Translations under genes and position numbers: made by a program
Shown here: one piece after another, positions 30,096 through 40,113 of the stretch
How positions within the stretch are numbered: position 1 is the first letter of the stretch
Layout: every line of letters starts with the position of its first letter
DNA from: Spirochaetota bacterium
GTDB lineage: Bacteria; Spirochaetota; UBA4802; UBA5550
Direction of reading: 5' to 3'
Length of the DNA: 64,000 nucleotides
Assembly (NCBI GenBank): GCA_050298055.1
Contig: JBNKTL010000006.1
Coordinates: forward strand, 34,851-98,850
Notes under the pieces: generated by a model
The model's input: only the letters and a program-made list of their open reading frames with translations
Databases searched by the model: none
Told to the model about the DNA's origin: nothing

Positions 30096-31264
30096 AGCCG
30101 TTTGTTTTCAGAGGTGTACCCGCTGTTGAATACGGACCGGGAATAATAAAAGACCTCAACCGTCATATTAATAAATTCGGTGAGAGGATACTGCTGATCA
30201 CGGGAAGATCTTCTCTGCAGTCATCGGGGAAATTTGAGTTTATCACAGAACTTCTGAAAGATACGGGTATTTCCTTCAGCCATGTCATGATAAGCGGAGA
30301 ACCCTCGCCGGAGCTGGTTGACGAAGTCGTATCTGCACACAGGAAGGGGAACATCCACGCGGTAGTGAGTATAGGCGGCGGGAGCGTTATGGATGCCGGC
30401 AAGGCCATTTCAGCAATGCTCACAAAAAAGGACTCTGTTTTCGATTATCTGGAAGGTGTGGGGACAGGGAAGGTCCATGACGGAAAGAGACTTCCTCATA
30501 TCGCCATCCCCACCACGGCAGGAACAGGAAGCGAAGCCACAAAAAACGCCGTACTCAGCAGTACGGGAAAGAACGGATTTAAAAAGTCACTGAGGCATAA
30601 TAATTTCATTCCCGATGTTGCCCTGCTCGATCCCGAACTTACGCGGGAATGTCCCCCGGACATTACGGCAGCAAGCGGCCTCGATGCCTTCACGCAGCTT
30701 CTCGGCTCCTACCTGTCACCGGAAGCATCGCCCATGACCGATGCTCTTGCCCTTCAGGGGCTGAAGCTCGTAACCTCTTCCCTGATCCGGGTATGCACCG
30801 ATAAACCCCATGATGTTAATCTCAGGGGAATGATGCTCACCGGGGCCTTCCTCTCCGGTATCACTCTTGCAAATGCGGGACTTGGTATTGTACACGGCCT
30901 GGCATCGGTCATAGGAGGATTTTTCACCGTCCCCCACGGTGTGGTGTGCGGTACACTGGTGGGCGAAGCCGTAAAGACAAATATCCTTTCATTGATGGAA
31001 TCGGGAGAAAGGACCTTTCTTACTAAATACAGTCACGTAGGCGCTATGGTATCTGACTGCAATTCGTCGGATGTAAATACATGCTGCGATGCACTGGTTA
31101 TTACACTGGAAAAGTGGATACGCAGCCTGAAAATTCCGAAGCTTGGAGAGTACGGGATAGAGGAGAAAGACCTGGATAAAATAGTCAACTCCTCATCCAA
31201 TAAAAATAACCCGGTAAAACTCTCACCGGAACAGATAAAGAGAATGTTGAATAACAGGCTCTGA
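30086..31264 (+). CDS. Iron-containing alcohol dehydrogenase
   Basis: GEPS, IGGGSVMDAGKA, PTTAGTGSEAT, DAFTQ, HGLAS, PHGVVC. Confidence 0.93.
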   Translation: MEIKPFVFRGVPAVEYGPGIIKDLNRHINKFGERILLITGRSSLQSSGKFEFITELLKDTGISFSHVMISGEPSPELVDEVVSAHRKGNIHAVVSIGGGSVMDAGKAISAMLTKKDSVFDYLEGVGTGKVHDGKRLPHIAIPTTAGTGSEATKNAVLSSTGKNGFKKSLRHNNFIPDVALLDPELTRECPPDITAASGLDAFTQLLGSYLSPEASPMTDALALQGLKLVTSSLIRVCTDKPHDVNLRGMMLTGAFLSGITLANAGLGIVHGLASVIGGFFTVPHGVVCGTLVGEAVKTNILSLMESGERTFLTKYSHVGAMVSDCNSSDVNTCCDALVITLEKWIRSLKIPKLGEYGIEEKDLDKIVNSSSNKNNPVKLSPEQIKRMLNNRL

Positions 31265-31273
31265 ATACAGATA

Positions 31274-32071
31274 TTACCACTCGCTCTTCAGCCTGCACGA
31301 CTGGCCCCTTGCGTTATAGATCTTGATCTCCTCAATGGCTTTGATGCCGGCTTTAAAGTGGAGTTCTGTATATTTTCTGAACACCTCGTCCGCACTCTCC
31401 TTGCTTTTTATGCCTCCTTTTAAAAGAGGCATATCGGAAATAAGCATAATCGCCCCGATGGGAAGATTGAGGGCATAGGCTACGGAGAAGAGTGTGGCTA
31501 TCTCCATGTCGATTGCCAGTATCCTGTGTTTCAGGATGTAGTCTATGAACCCCCTGTCAAACTCCCACATCCTGTAGTCTGTGGTGAGCATGATACCCGA
31601 CTTGGGAACAACCTTCAGGTCGTTTTCAATGACCTTTTCACAGATACGGTTGATCCAGAAACTTGGCTGGGCAGGCACATTCTGCTGAAGATAATGCTTG
31701 CTTGTCCCTTCGTCACGTACACTTGCCGTGGGAATAAGAAGATCTCCAATCCGCAGTTTTTCATCTATTCCTCCGCACATCCCCAGCATGAGAACAGACT
31801 GTACATTCTTTATATATGAAATGCAGTGTGTAACGATCCCCGCAGAGGGAGATCCCACACCAAAGTTTATGATTGAAATATCCTTCTCCCTGTCATGTGC
31901 AGACGACCAGTACCCGGAGATAATGGGTGCGCCGGTTATCTCTGAAAAATATTCGATGTACCTTTCAAAATTAACAAGGATCACATGTGATCCGAAATCA
32001 CTTATCTGAGATCCTGTATATCTCTCAAGGGTACTGATTCCATAGTTTTCCGGATTAAGATATTTCCCCAT
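31274..32071 (-). CDS. amn: AMP nucleosidase (short PNP-like type)
   Basis: LERYTG, INFGVGSPSA, LGMCGG, RDEGTS..Y, TTDYRMWE, DMEIATLF, LISDMP. Confidence 0.88.
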   Translation of the reverse strand: MGKYLNPENYGISTLERYTGSQISDFGSHVILVNFERYIEYFSEITGAPIISGYWSSAHDREKDISIINFGVGSPSAGIVTHCISYIKNVQSVLMLGMCGGIDEKLRIGDLLIPTASVRDEGTSKHYLQQNVPAQPSFWINRICEKVIENDLKVVPKSGIMLTTDYRMWEFDRGFIDYILKHRILAIDMEIATLFSVAYALNLPIGAIMLISDMPLLKGGIKSKESADEVFRKYTELHFKAGIKAIEEIKIYNARGQSCRLKSEW

Positions 32072-32094
32072 ATTCAGATGACTCCTTAAACAGA

Positions 32095-34836
32095 TCAAAA
32101 GCTCATTTTATTCATGAAGAGAACCCGGACAAGTTCATTATAGAGATCTCCGGAATTAACAGGCTTGGCAATAAAGCCATCCATACCTGCCCGAATGCAC
32201 TCATTGGTAAACTCTTCACCCACATGTGCAGTGAGAGCAATAATCGGTGTATATGTTCCGGTTTCCTGCTCCATCTCCCTGATTTTTTCCGTTACCTGGA
32301 TACCATCTATCCCGGGAAGCTGTATATCCATGAGAATAGCATGAAAATTCTGTGATTTGAAACAGTTCATTGCTTCAAATCCATTGACAGCAACGACATA
32401 CCTGACATTCCTCTTCTGCAGACGTCTTTTTATCAACTCTCCGCTTACCAGGTCATCCTCGACAACAAGTATATGTTTCCCCTCAAGGAGCTCCCAGCTT
32501 CTGTTTTCCCCGAACATATTAACCCTGTCTATCTGTTCCTCCTGTTCAAACCTGTCAACAGATATCCTCATGGCATTGATAAGGTCAGATTCACTTACCG
32601 GCTTTAATACATATTCTATGGGGACACTGTTATCTGAAATAAGCTTTCCCGGCTGATTAACCGAAGAGATCAACACGATAAACCTGCATTTAGCACTATA
32701 CCCTCTTTTCATTATTTTACTGAACAGCAGGTCATTTTCATCGGGTAAAACCTTCTCGTTTATGATGCAGTAATTATATTCATTCTTATCCAGCTCACTG
32801 AGGACCCGCTTTTCCCGGGAAGAACAGACGATCCGGGATACATATCTTTTCAACATCTCTTCGATAGTGGAGATCTTCGTCTTATAAGGATCATAAATCA
32901 GTACAGCGTTATCTCTTATATCGTCACTCATGAGTGGAGACTCTAACCTGGATAAAGAGGGAGAATCCGAAGTGAATTCAGCGGCAAAAAAGAAACGGGA
33001 ACCCTCACCGGGAGTGCTCTCCAGCCAGATCTTTCCCCCCATAAGAGAAACAAGTTGAGAGGAAATTGTCAGGCCAAGACCGGTGCCCCCGTATGACCGG
33101 GAATAGGAGAGATCACCCTGCATGAACGTATCAAAAATAATTCTGCTGTTCTCCTCGCTTATTCCGATACCGGAATCTTCAACCTGGAATTGTATTTTTA
33201 CAAGCTGTTCATCCCCTCCGAAGAGATACCCTGTATCACCGCTCACCCTGTTCACTTTTATCACAGAGACCATTATGTACCCGTATTCCGTAAATTTGAC
33301 AGCATTACCGATGAGGTTTATCAGGACCTGCCGTAAACGGCCCGGGTCACCCAGCAGGTCATCGGGAACATCGGGACTCACAAGGTATGAGATCTCAAGA
33401 CCCTTGTTATGCGCATTAATGGCAAGGAGCTTTACGATATCATCAACCAGTTTTCTCAGTTTGAAGCTTTCCGTTGAGAGTGAGAGCTTGCCCGATTCAA
33501 TTCTTGAGATATCCAGTACATCGTTTATAATATTCAGGAGGTTCTCTGATGATTTCTTCACCATGGCAAGAAGTATCCTCTGCTCAAAACCGAGACGCAT
33601 CTCCAGCAAAAGATCCGTAATGCCTATTATACCGTTCATGGGGGTCCTGATCTCATGGCTCATATTTGCCAGGAATTTGCTTTTTGCCCTGCTTGCATCT
33701 TCCGCTGTCTTCTTGGCTTCCAGGGCGTCATTCTTTGCCCGTATGAAAGATATCTCAATTTTATCCTGGGCTTCAATACGTTCTCTGAGTACCTTATCCA
33801 TGTGGTTGAAAGCCTCAATAAGACTCATTATCTCATCACCTGCACCGATGCTCATATCGAGACCGGAAATATCCGCAGCAGTTTTTTCTACCCGCTCCCT
33901 GAGCAATCTCAATGGTCTGAAAAGCCTCAACAAAAATGCAATTGCTATAAGGAATATGGCCAAAAAGAGTATAGAAAGAGTTATGACAACTACATTCCTG
34001 GCACTTTTATGAAGGTAGGTAACCCGGGAAGAATCGATACCGATGACAATTCCAAAGTTATAATCTATAATTTTGATGAGGTCGTAATAGTATAACATGT
34101 TTTCTTCCGGATGATCATCAATGACAGTAACCTTGTTCACAATTGATTCTGTGAGTTTATCCCTGTTCACAAGCCCCTTCCTGTCATCAGGCAGTGTGGA
34201 CGCATAGATCCCATCAAGGGATCCCAGCGACATGTCAAACTTATAGCGGCTAAAAACGGAAGCAATCTTCCTGAGAAAAAGGGTGTCCAGAACAAACCCG
34301 AGAGTAAGAGTGCCCAGTATTCTCCCCTGAAGTTTAACCGGGACAATCCACATGACAATCCACGAATCCTTTTCCCGTTCAACAAGATGAACATCCCGGC
34401 CTTTAAGGGCATCAAGCAGACCGAGAGGGGGCAGACACTTCTCACAATCATCAAAGTAATTTTTGCTCTTCCTGAATATTACCTGTCCCCTGCTGTTCCT
34501 GATCCTGAACAGGGTCAGGTCCAGTTTTTCGAACAGCCTGTGAAGATTCTCTCCATAGTTCCTGTTGATTCTTCCGGTCCTTTCCCTGTACTGGATAAAT
34601 TGTCTGACAATACCCATCTCCCGCAGAAGATCGGCCTGGCTTTTCATCTTTGAAATATCATTATTTATGTGCAGGTCGATCTGCTGTAAGACATTTCTGA
34701 TGATCTCATCTTTTCCCTGCCGGATTATCCTGCTGATACCCATGCTGCTCACCATGTTCAGGGTCACGGCAATGGTAATTGACAGCATGATAAAGATAAT
34801 AAGTGCCGGATAGAGAATGCTGTTACGGTGCTTCAT
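32095..34836 (-). CDS. Hybrid sensor histidine kinase (Cache-like periplasmic domain, HAMP, HisKA, HATPase, degenerate REC, REC)
   Basis: [49 protein letters not shown]. Confidence 0.93.
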   Translation of the reverse strand: MKHRNSILYPALIIFIMLSITIAVTLNMVSSMGISRIIRQGKDEIIRNVLQQIDLHINNDISKMKSQADLLREMGIVRQFIQYRERTGRINRNYGENLHRLFEKLDLTLFRIRNSRGQVIFRKSKNYFDDCEKCLPPLGLLDALKGRDVHLVEREKDSWIVMWIVPVKLQGRILGTLTLGFVLDTLFLRKIASVFSRYKFDMSLGSLDGIYASTLPDDRKGLVNRDKLTESIVNKVTVIDDHPEENMLYYYDLIKIIDYNFGIVIGIDSSRVTYLHKSARNVVVITLSILFLAIFLIAIAFLLRLFRPLRLLRERVEKTAADISGLDMSIGAGDEIMSLIEAFNHMDKVLRERIEAQDKIEISFIRAKNDALEAKKTAEDASRAKSKFLANMSHEIRTPMNGIIGITDLLLEMRLGFEQRILLAMVKKSSENLLNIINDVLDISRIESGKLSLSTESFKLRKLVDDIVKLLAINAHNKGLEISYLVSPDVPDDLLGDPGRLRQVLINLIGNAVKFTEYGYIMVSVIKVNRVSGDTGYLFGGDEQLVKIQFQVEDSGIGISEENSRIIFDTFMQGDLSYSRSYGGTGLGLTISSQLVSLMGGKIWLESTPGEGSRFFFAAEFTSDSPSLSRLESPLMSDDIRDNAVLIYDPYKTKISTIEEMLKRYVSRIVCSSREKRVLSELDKNEYNYCIINEKVLPDENDLLFSKIMKRGYSAKCRFIVLISSVNQPGKLISDNSVPIEYVLKPVSESDLINAMRISVDRFEQEEQIDRVNMFGENRSWELLEGKHILVVEDDLVSGELIKRRLQKRNVRYVVAVNGFEAMNCFKSQNFHAILMDIQLPGIDGIQVTEKIREMEQETGTYTPIIALTAHVGEEFTNECIRAGMDGFIAKPVNSGDLYNELVRVLFMNKMSF

Positions 34837-34866
34837 ATTACTCTTTTTTACAACTCAACGGTTTCA

Positions 34867-35700
34867 TTATCTTTTTATGTGAACGATGCCATGCTTTTTG
34901 AAAATATTCTCAGCAGGAGGAGAAAAAAGGAAGCTTATAAATAACTCAGCCAGCCTGTTCAGGCGTCCCTCCCTGTAGACCAGTGCATATTCCGAGACCA
35001 TACTGTATGTTCCATTGATAATGTTCTCTTCACTGGGGGCTATTCCATTCAGTTCAAGGGCCCTGACTTTACTGTTTATAAGGCTTGACTTCGTGAGAAA
35101 CCCAATTGTGTTACTGTACTTGTTCAGGATGTTGAGCATCTCACAGTCACGGTACTGGATCCTTGAACCGGGTTTAAAATTCAGATTCTTAAACTCAGGT
35201 ATTTTTTTCCTGATCACAGTGAGTGACGAGTCTCCCGGTTCCCTTATGAGGACATGAATATTTCCCTTTTGGAAACCTGCATCCTCCCAGTTCCCGGTTT
35301 TCCCGGAAAAAATATCCGCCAGTTTCCCGCTGGAAAGTCCCCTGATTGTTACATTTCCTGATACGGCAAATACTACCGCGTCACGGGCAAACGGGAGATA
35401 GTCCAGGTCATATCCCTTTTCATTCAGCTTTATCTTTCGGGCAACCCTGCCGAGCATTGCCTCACCCATCCTCACAGACCTGATCCCTCCGAAAGACCCG
35501 GTACTGGGAGGCACAATTACGGTTTTCCCCGGGTTCATCCTGTTAAACTCCCGGGCAAGCTCTCCCAGAATAAACTCGCATGCGCCGGTCCCGGGAATTG
35601 CCAGTTTGTCAGGTTCACCTGTCCCGTGACAATCTGTGAACAAAAGCACAATTGCTATTAATATACACCACGTGAGAGCTGTTTCTTTATATACCCTCAT
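34867..35700 (-). CDS. PstS-like (PBP2) substrate-binding lipoprotein
   Basis: IPGTG, PPSTGS.GGI, LGRVAR, FARDAVVF, IFSG...NW, REPGDSS. Confidence 0.85.
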   Translation of the reverse strand: MRVYKETALTWCILIAIVLLFTDCHGTGEPDKLAIPGTGACEFILGELAREFNRMNPGKTVIVPPSTGSFGGIRSVRMGEAMLGRVARKIKLNEKGYDLDYLPFARDAVVFAVSGNVTIRGLSSGKLADIFSGKTGNWEDAGFQKGNIHVLIREPGDSSLTVIRKKIPEFKNLNFKPGSRIQYRDCEMLNILNKYSNTIGFLTKSSLINSKVRALELNGIAPSEENIINGTYSMVSEYALVYREGRLNRLAELFISFLFSPPAENIFKKHGIVHIKR

Positions 35701-35809
35701 GGATTATCTGTCCAAAAATAATATAAATCTGCATCAAGAAGAACTGTAATCATTAATACCAACTCTATTGAAAAGCATTGAAAATGATAAATTCCGCACT
35801 TATATTGTC

Positions 35810-36088
35810 TTATTTTTTCTTTTTATTACCCGGTCTGCAGAGCGTAAGACAGGTATTATATGACCTTTCACACTTCCCGGGACAGGAATGAAGACCGGTA
35901 TCACTGCCGGAGTTCCAGCTGTAAGAGAAATGGATGCTGTCAGTCCTGCAGGTTTCCATGCAGTCAGCCCTGTTATAGTGACACCTTTCTCTGCACCGCG
36001 AGTATTCGTCTTCAGGAAAGGTGCTGCAGGAGATGAGCAGGACAAGGAAACCGGCTGATAATTTGACGGGTAAAAAATTCTTAATCAA
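35810..36088 (-). CDS. Small Cys-rich lipoprotein (2x CX3CX6CX3C)
   Basis: Lipobox LISC then CRERCHYNRADCMETC and CPGKCERSYNTCLTLC. Confidence 0.7.
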   Translation of the reverse strand: MIKNFLPVKLSAGFLVLLISCSTFPEDEYSRCRERCHYNRADCMETCRTDSIHFSYSWNSGSDTGLHSCPGKCERSYNTCLTLCRPGNKKKK

Positions 36089-36386
36089 GAAGTATACCTA
36101 TTATTCCCTTACAACCGCCGCATTTAAACCTTACAACAGGTTTCTTCGATTCTTTTTCAGTAATATCCGGCATCCTTTCCCATTTTTTATTACCGCAGAC
36201 ACTACAATTTCCCAGTTTTATTATATGGTTACACCTGATACACCTGAACCTTGCGGGAACACCCTTCACCAGTGCATGAAGGTCTTCCCAGACCATGGCC
36301 AGACACCCGGGACATCTTACGAAATCCAGTCCTGTTCCCCTCTTACTAACAAAGTATAAAACAACATATAACCCGTATAAAACCAT
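36081..36386 (-). CDS. Multi zinc-ribbon hypothetical protein with N-terminal TM
   Basis: CPGC, CIRC, CSVC, CGGC pairs. Confidence 0.7.
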   Translation of the reverse strand: MVLYGLYVVLYFVSKRGTGLDFVRCPGCLAMVWEDLHALVKGVPARFRCIRCNHIIKLGNCSVCGNKKWERMPDITEKESKKPVVRFKCGGCKGIIGILLD

Positions 36387-36439
36387 ATGTCAAGGAAGAA
36401 ATGTATCTGCATTATACCTGTTCAAAAGCTGTAATCGGA

Positions 36440-36577
36440 TCTTTCCAGCTATGTATAAAAATAGACATGTTAATGAACTAAAGATAACTGATGTGTCCCC
36501 GCCGCCGAAGGCGGCGGGGACACATTGTTTGCATTTTATCAAATATGTTTATATTCAGGCATACAGCTGAGCAGTTA
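36440..36577 (-). mobile_element. Family A MITE-like element, copy 3
   Basis: Reverse complement TAACTGCTCAGCTG...ATGTGTCCCCGCCGCC TTC GGCGGCGGGGACACAT CAGTTATCTTTAGTTCATTAACATGTCTATT, matching the right arm of copy 1. Confidence 0.8.
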
Positions 36578-36676
36578 CTCATTTACTAAAATATCTACAA
36601 TATTCACAGCCGTATTTTCATTGACAGATGAATATCTGCCCATTATTCTCAAAAAAAAAATCGGGAGATCAATATT

Positions 36677-37123
36677 ATGGAGATTCTTGAAAAAATTGAA
36701 GCTGATCTTAAAAACGCCATAAAAACAGGGGATATTGTAACCGCTGATACCCTGAGAATGATAAAATCGGACCTTTCATACGAAAAAGCGAAAAAGGGTG
36801 AGGATATCGAAGAGGAAAAGGTCATGGAGATCATAGCCCGGGCCGCAAAGAGAAGAAAGGAATCCATAAATGAATATAAAAAGGGCAACAGGCAGGACCT
36901 TGCGGATAAGGAGGCTGCGGAACTCAAGATTGTTGAAAAGTACCTCCCTGAGCAGATGGGGGAGGATGAGGTTGAAAAGGTGGTTGACGGCGTGCTCGCG
37001 TCAATGGGCGACGTGAGCAAGAAAGATTTTGGCAGGGTAATGGGACAGCTGATGAAGGAGCTCAAGGGGAAGGTTGACGGCTCTATAGTGAAATCGCTCC
37101 TTACCCGGAAACTGGGAGACTAA
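36677..37123 (+). CDS. yqeY: GatB/YqeY domain protein
   Basis: DLK.A.K.GD...LRMIK..KRRKESI..Y..GNRQDLA.KE.AE..I..KYLP.Q; GRVMG..GKVDG. Confidence 0.93.
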   Translation: MEILEKIEADLKNAIKTGDIVTADTLRMIKSDLSYEKAKKGEDIEEEKVMEIIARAAKRRKESINEYKKGNRQDLADKEAAELKIVEKYLPEQMGEDEVEKVVDGVLASMGDVSKKDFGRVMGQLMKELKGKVDGSIVKSLLTRKLGD

Positions 37124-37689
37124 TTCTGTTCGTTATCAACGAGATGCCCCGCCTCATAGAACGAGGCAAGGTCCGCGGCAAGCGTGGACTTCCCGGTACT
37201 CTCCGGCCCGTAGATACAGACCTTTTTGAGATAGTAGGGCCTTACCCCGCGGGGAAGAGAGTCCCAGTGAAGAAGCGGTTCATTCCTTATGCCGGTGGCA
37301 GATACGGGGAACCTGTTCCTTTCCCGGTCAAAGTCCCTGTGTTTTACCCCCATGTATTCAGCGAGGTACTCACCATACTTCTCGGAACTGAAGAGAATAT
37401 CAACAGCGGGAAACTTTTCGGAGAGGTATTCCTCCCAGACCTTCGAGACCTCCCGTGACGGCCCGGCGGATGCAGGCAAAGGATCATCGGTAAAACGGAT
37501 ATCGATTTTCTTATTATCGCCATAGGTCTCTCTGAGCCAGTTCAGCCGGAGCGGACCGGGTATCGGCTCATGCTCCCGGGCAGCAAGAAGAATGATCAGC
37601 CGGGTACATTTCTCCAGTGCAAAATCAATAAGCCCCATATGCCCCCTGTGAAGGGGCATGAATTTTCCGATTATGAGACCGGTTCCCAC
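37120..37689 (-). pseudogene. nadR: Truncated NadR (NMN adenylyltransferase domain plus only the Walker A of the kinase domain)
   Basis: GKFMPLHRGH, FSSE.YG, R..FPVSAT.IR, then GPESTGKST about 20 aa before the stop. Confidence 0.8.
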
Positions 37690-37966
37690 TCCGCTTCTCT
37701 GGCTGCCCCCCCTATCATAACCAGAAGGAGGCTTCCTCCCACTGCCGCAGCAAGCAAGGGAGGAGTGAGGTTGCTGATCTTCAACTCATCCCGTTTATTT
37801 GTTTCGGTTTCATCTTTTGGATGGGTCCACTTCCACCAGCCGTAAAAGCTCATGATAAGAAAGTAGACCTGTAAAAGCATATCGGAGTAGAACTGGACCT
37901 GGTAGAACATCACAAAGAAAAGGAGAATTTTGACTATTCCTGCCGGCCAGCAGAATATCCTTTCCC
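37671..37966 (-). pseudogene. pnuC: Internal fragment of nicotinamide riboside transporter PnuC
   Basis: Frame reads ARERIFCWPAGIVKILLFFVMFYQVQFYSDMLLQVYFLIMSFYGWWKW; in-frame stop upstream and C-terminal half missing; abuts nadR. Confidence 0.75.
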
Positions 37967-37993
37967 TGGCATTTTCTTATCCACCCGCGGCCT

Positions 37994-38608
37994 TTACAGG
38001 GTGTAGAGTTCGCGATGATCATCAGCCGGCTGTCTCAGGTTACCGCCTTCATCCATAATACGGTTTCTGTATTTCAGTATGGATATGACTTCGAAGGTCT
38101 CAATATGATGGAGTGTGTTGACATTTTTCAGACCGGTGAGAAATTTCCTGTATTCATTATAATCTTCAACGATAACCTCCATGGTGTAGGATGTTTCACC
38201 CTGAACATGGAGTATCGAGTATACAATAGGGCTCTCCTTTAAAAGCATAAGGATTTCTTCATCATGGTGGGGATTATCGATCTCAACAAAGAAGTGATGC
38301 TTCTTTTTCATTTTATTGTAATCTTCAAGGGTGAAATCCGATTTCTGTTTATGAACATCAATAACTCTCTGTGTGTTAAGCGACAGCATGGCAGGGACCC
38401 CGCCGGGGAGCTTCACGGATTTCATCAGGTTGACCCAGTTACTCAGCTGTTCCCTGTCATCAAAATTTACGTCGATCAGATAGCTGTACCTTCCCATTAT
38501 GTGAAAAATGGATATAATATGACGGTCATCCTTCATAACATTGATAATTTCCCTGTCATCACCCCAGTTCTGAATAAGAACTATTGCATTGATAACTGTT
38601 TCTCCCAT
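37994..38608 (-). CDS. Tandem Lrp/AsnC ligand-binding (RAM) domains without HTH
   Basis: FHIMGRYSYLIDV..D.E.L..W and LHVQGETSYTMEV.V.D...Y..F; no N-terminal HTH. Confidence 0.7.
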   Translation of the reverse strand: MGETVINAIVLIQNWGDDREIINVMKDDRHIISIFHIMGRYSYLIDVNFDDREQLSNWVNLMKSVKLPGGVPAMLSLNTQRVIDVHKQKSDFTLEDYNKMKKKHHFFVEIDNPHHDEEILMLLKESPIVYSILHVQGETSYTMEVIVEDYNEYRKFLTGLKNVNTLHHIETFEVISILKYRNRIMDEGGNLRQPADDHRELYTL

Positions 38609-38792
38609 CAGGCCCTCCGGATTATTACTGATCTATTCTCATTAAAATATAATTGCAGTATCATTCTCAGAATTAAAATTCAAAAAGTCAAGAGGATTTA
38701 CAGGTTGAAGAGAAAGATTTGCCACAGCGTCACAGAGAAGAAGTGGGGTGAGTATTAAGAGAAGAATTTTTGATCCGCAGATAAACGGAGAT

Positions 38793-38818
38793 AAAAAACC
38801 GGCCTAAAGGCCGGTTTT
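38793..38818 (-). terminator. Rho-independent terminator
   Basis: AAAAAACCGGCC TAAA GGCCGGTTTT, 16 bp after the stop of 38835-39113. Confidence 0.85.
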
Positions 38819-38834
38819 CTAATATGAGTAATTA

Positions 38835-39113
38835 TTAATAACCTTTGAGGTCCCGGCTGGCACTGCCGTTTTCATCATAACATTTGCCCGAATTACTGTG
38901 GCATGAACTGGAGTAGCTTGACACGCTGCCGCAGTCCGATCCCTTGGCTTTTTTACAGATGGCCATTGCTTTTTTTCTGTCCGAGAATGAATCACCCTTA
39001 ACACAGACCTTGTACTCGCCCCCGTCACGAAAACTATAGCACTTTGCGAAAAGTGACAATGAAGAGAAAGCCACAAAGAGTGAAGCTATGACAAATAAAG
39101 TAATTTTTTTCAT
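38835..39113 (-). CDS. Small secreted six-Cys protein
   Basis: Signal peptide ending SLFA, mature 69 aa with 6 Cys; GAGG RBS; own terminator. Confidence 0.8.
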   Translation of the reverse strand: MKKITLFVIASLFVAFSSLSLFAKCYSFRDGGEYKVCVKGDSFSDRKKAMAICKKAKGSDCGSVSSYSSSCHSNSGKCYDENGSASRDLKGY

Positions 39114-39321
39114 GCGATCCTCGCTTTTTCATTTTTTCAGGGGAAAGTCCTCTTTCGTCCTGAATATAATTTTAAGCGGTGAGTATAACAAATTGATAAT
39201 TATTAATCAAGAAAAATAATGGATTTAGAAAACTGTTTTAAAACATATTATTCTTGACTTTAAAGATATGCCAGACAACACTTTTCAATAATGTTACTTA
39301 AATCAAATCGGGGAACCGGCA

Positions 39322-40095
39322 TTGAAACAAAAAAAAACACCTGCCCTCTTCTGCTTCATTATTACTGCACTGTTACACTACGGCCCGGCTGACGCGCAGG
39401 ACCAAAGAATGCTTGAGGTCAATGCCCAGGCCATTCTCGCCCATGTTGACAGGCTGCTGGAATATCCCCCGGGAGAGCTTCGCGGAAACCTTAATTACAG
39501 AAATTCTTCAGGTGAAACCCTCCTGGTCCAGCTTCGGGGCTGTATTTCAAAAGGAAATTACCTTTTCACTCTCAGCAACCGGAAAAGAGGTGATATTGAG
39601 AAGGTCCTGTATAACCGGTTTGGTGAAGAAATATGGGTCTACAGGATCAATTCACTGAAACTCTATTCCATTGCAGGAATCAACAGGTTTGACCCGGTTG
39701 TCTCTACGGGGTTTAACTACATTGACCTCTCCCATGCAGATCTCCAGAACAGCTTTAATGCCTCAATTACGGGAACCGGAAAGATCAGGAACAGAGAAGT
39801 CTACACATTGCTTTTGAAACCGGTTTATCAATATGGAAATTACAGTAAGCTGGTTCTCTCTGTGGCAGCAAAAACATTCCATCCTCTGAAAATCGATTAC
39901 TTTGATGAAGACGGCGCCAGGTATAAAACCATGAACATTTCAAAGGTAAAGAAAATCGGCAGCAAACTCTTTCCCACCCGGTATGAAATAATCAACAGCC
40001 GTTTAAGAACAATAACTGTTCTGAGCTTCCACTCCTCTGACAGCGGTTACAGTTTTAAAAAGAGCCTCTTCAGGCCCGAAAGCCTTAAAAAGTAG
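39322..40095 (+). CDS. Outer membrane lipoprotein-sorting (LolA-like) protein
   Basis: Signal peptide; L.....EIWVY, TGFNYIDL, Y.L.LKP, YSKL.L, PLKIDYFD.DG..YKT. Confidence 0.8.
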   Translation: MKQKKTPALFCFIITALLHYGPADAQDQRMLEVNAQAILAHVDRLLEYPPGELRGNLNYRNSSGETLLVQLRGCISKGNYLFTLSNRKRGDIEKVLYNRFGEEIWVYRINSLKLYSIAGINRFDPVVSTGFNYIDLSHADLQNSFNASITGTGKIRNREVYTLLLKPVYQYGNYSKLVLSVAAKTFHPLKIDYFDEDGARYKTMNISKVKKIGSKLFPTRYEIINSRLRTITVLSFHSSDSGYSFKKSLFRPESLKK

Positions 40096-40101
40096 GTGTT
40101 T
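40000..40101 (+). repeat. 102-bp direct repeat, copy 1 (3' end of the LolA-like gene)
   Basis: 94/102 identical to 41441-41542 by manual alignment. Confidence 0.92.
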
Positions 40102-40113
40102 CCCACCGGAAGT

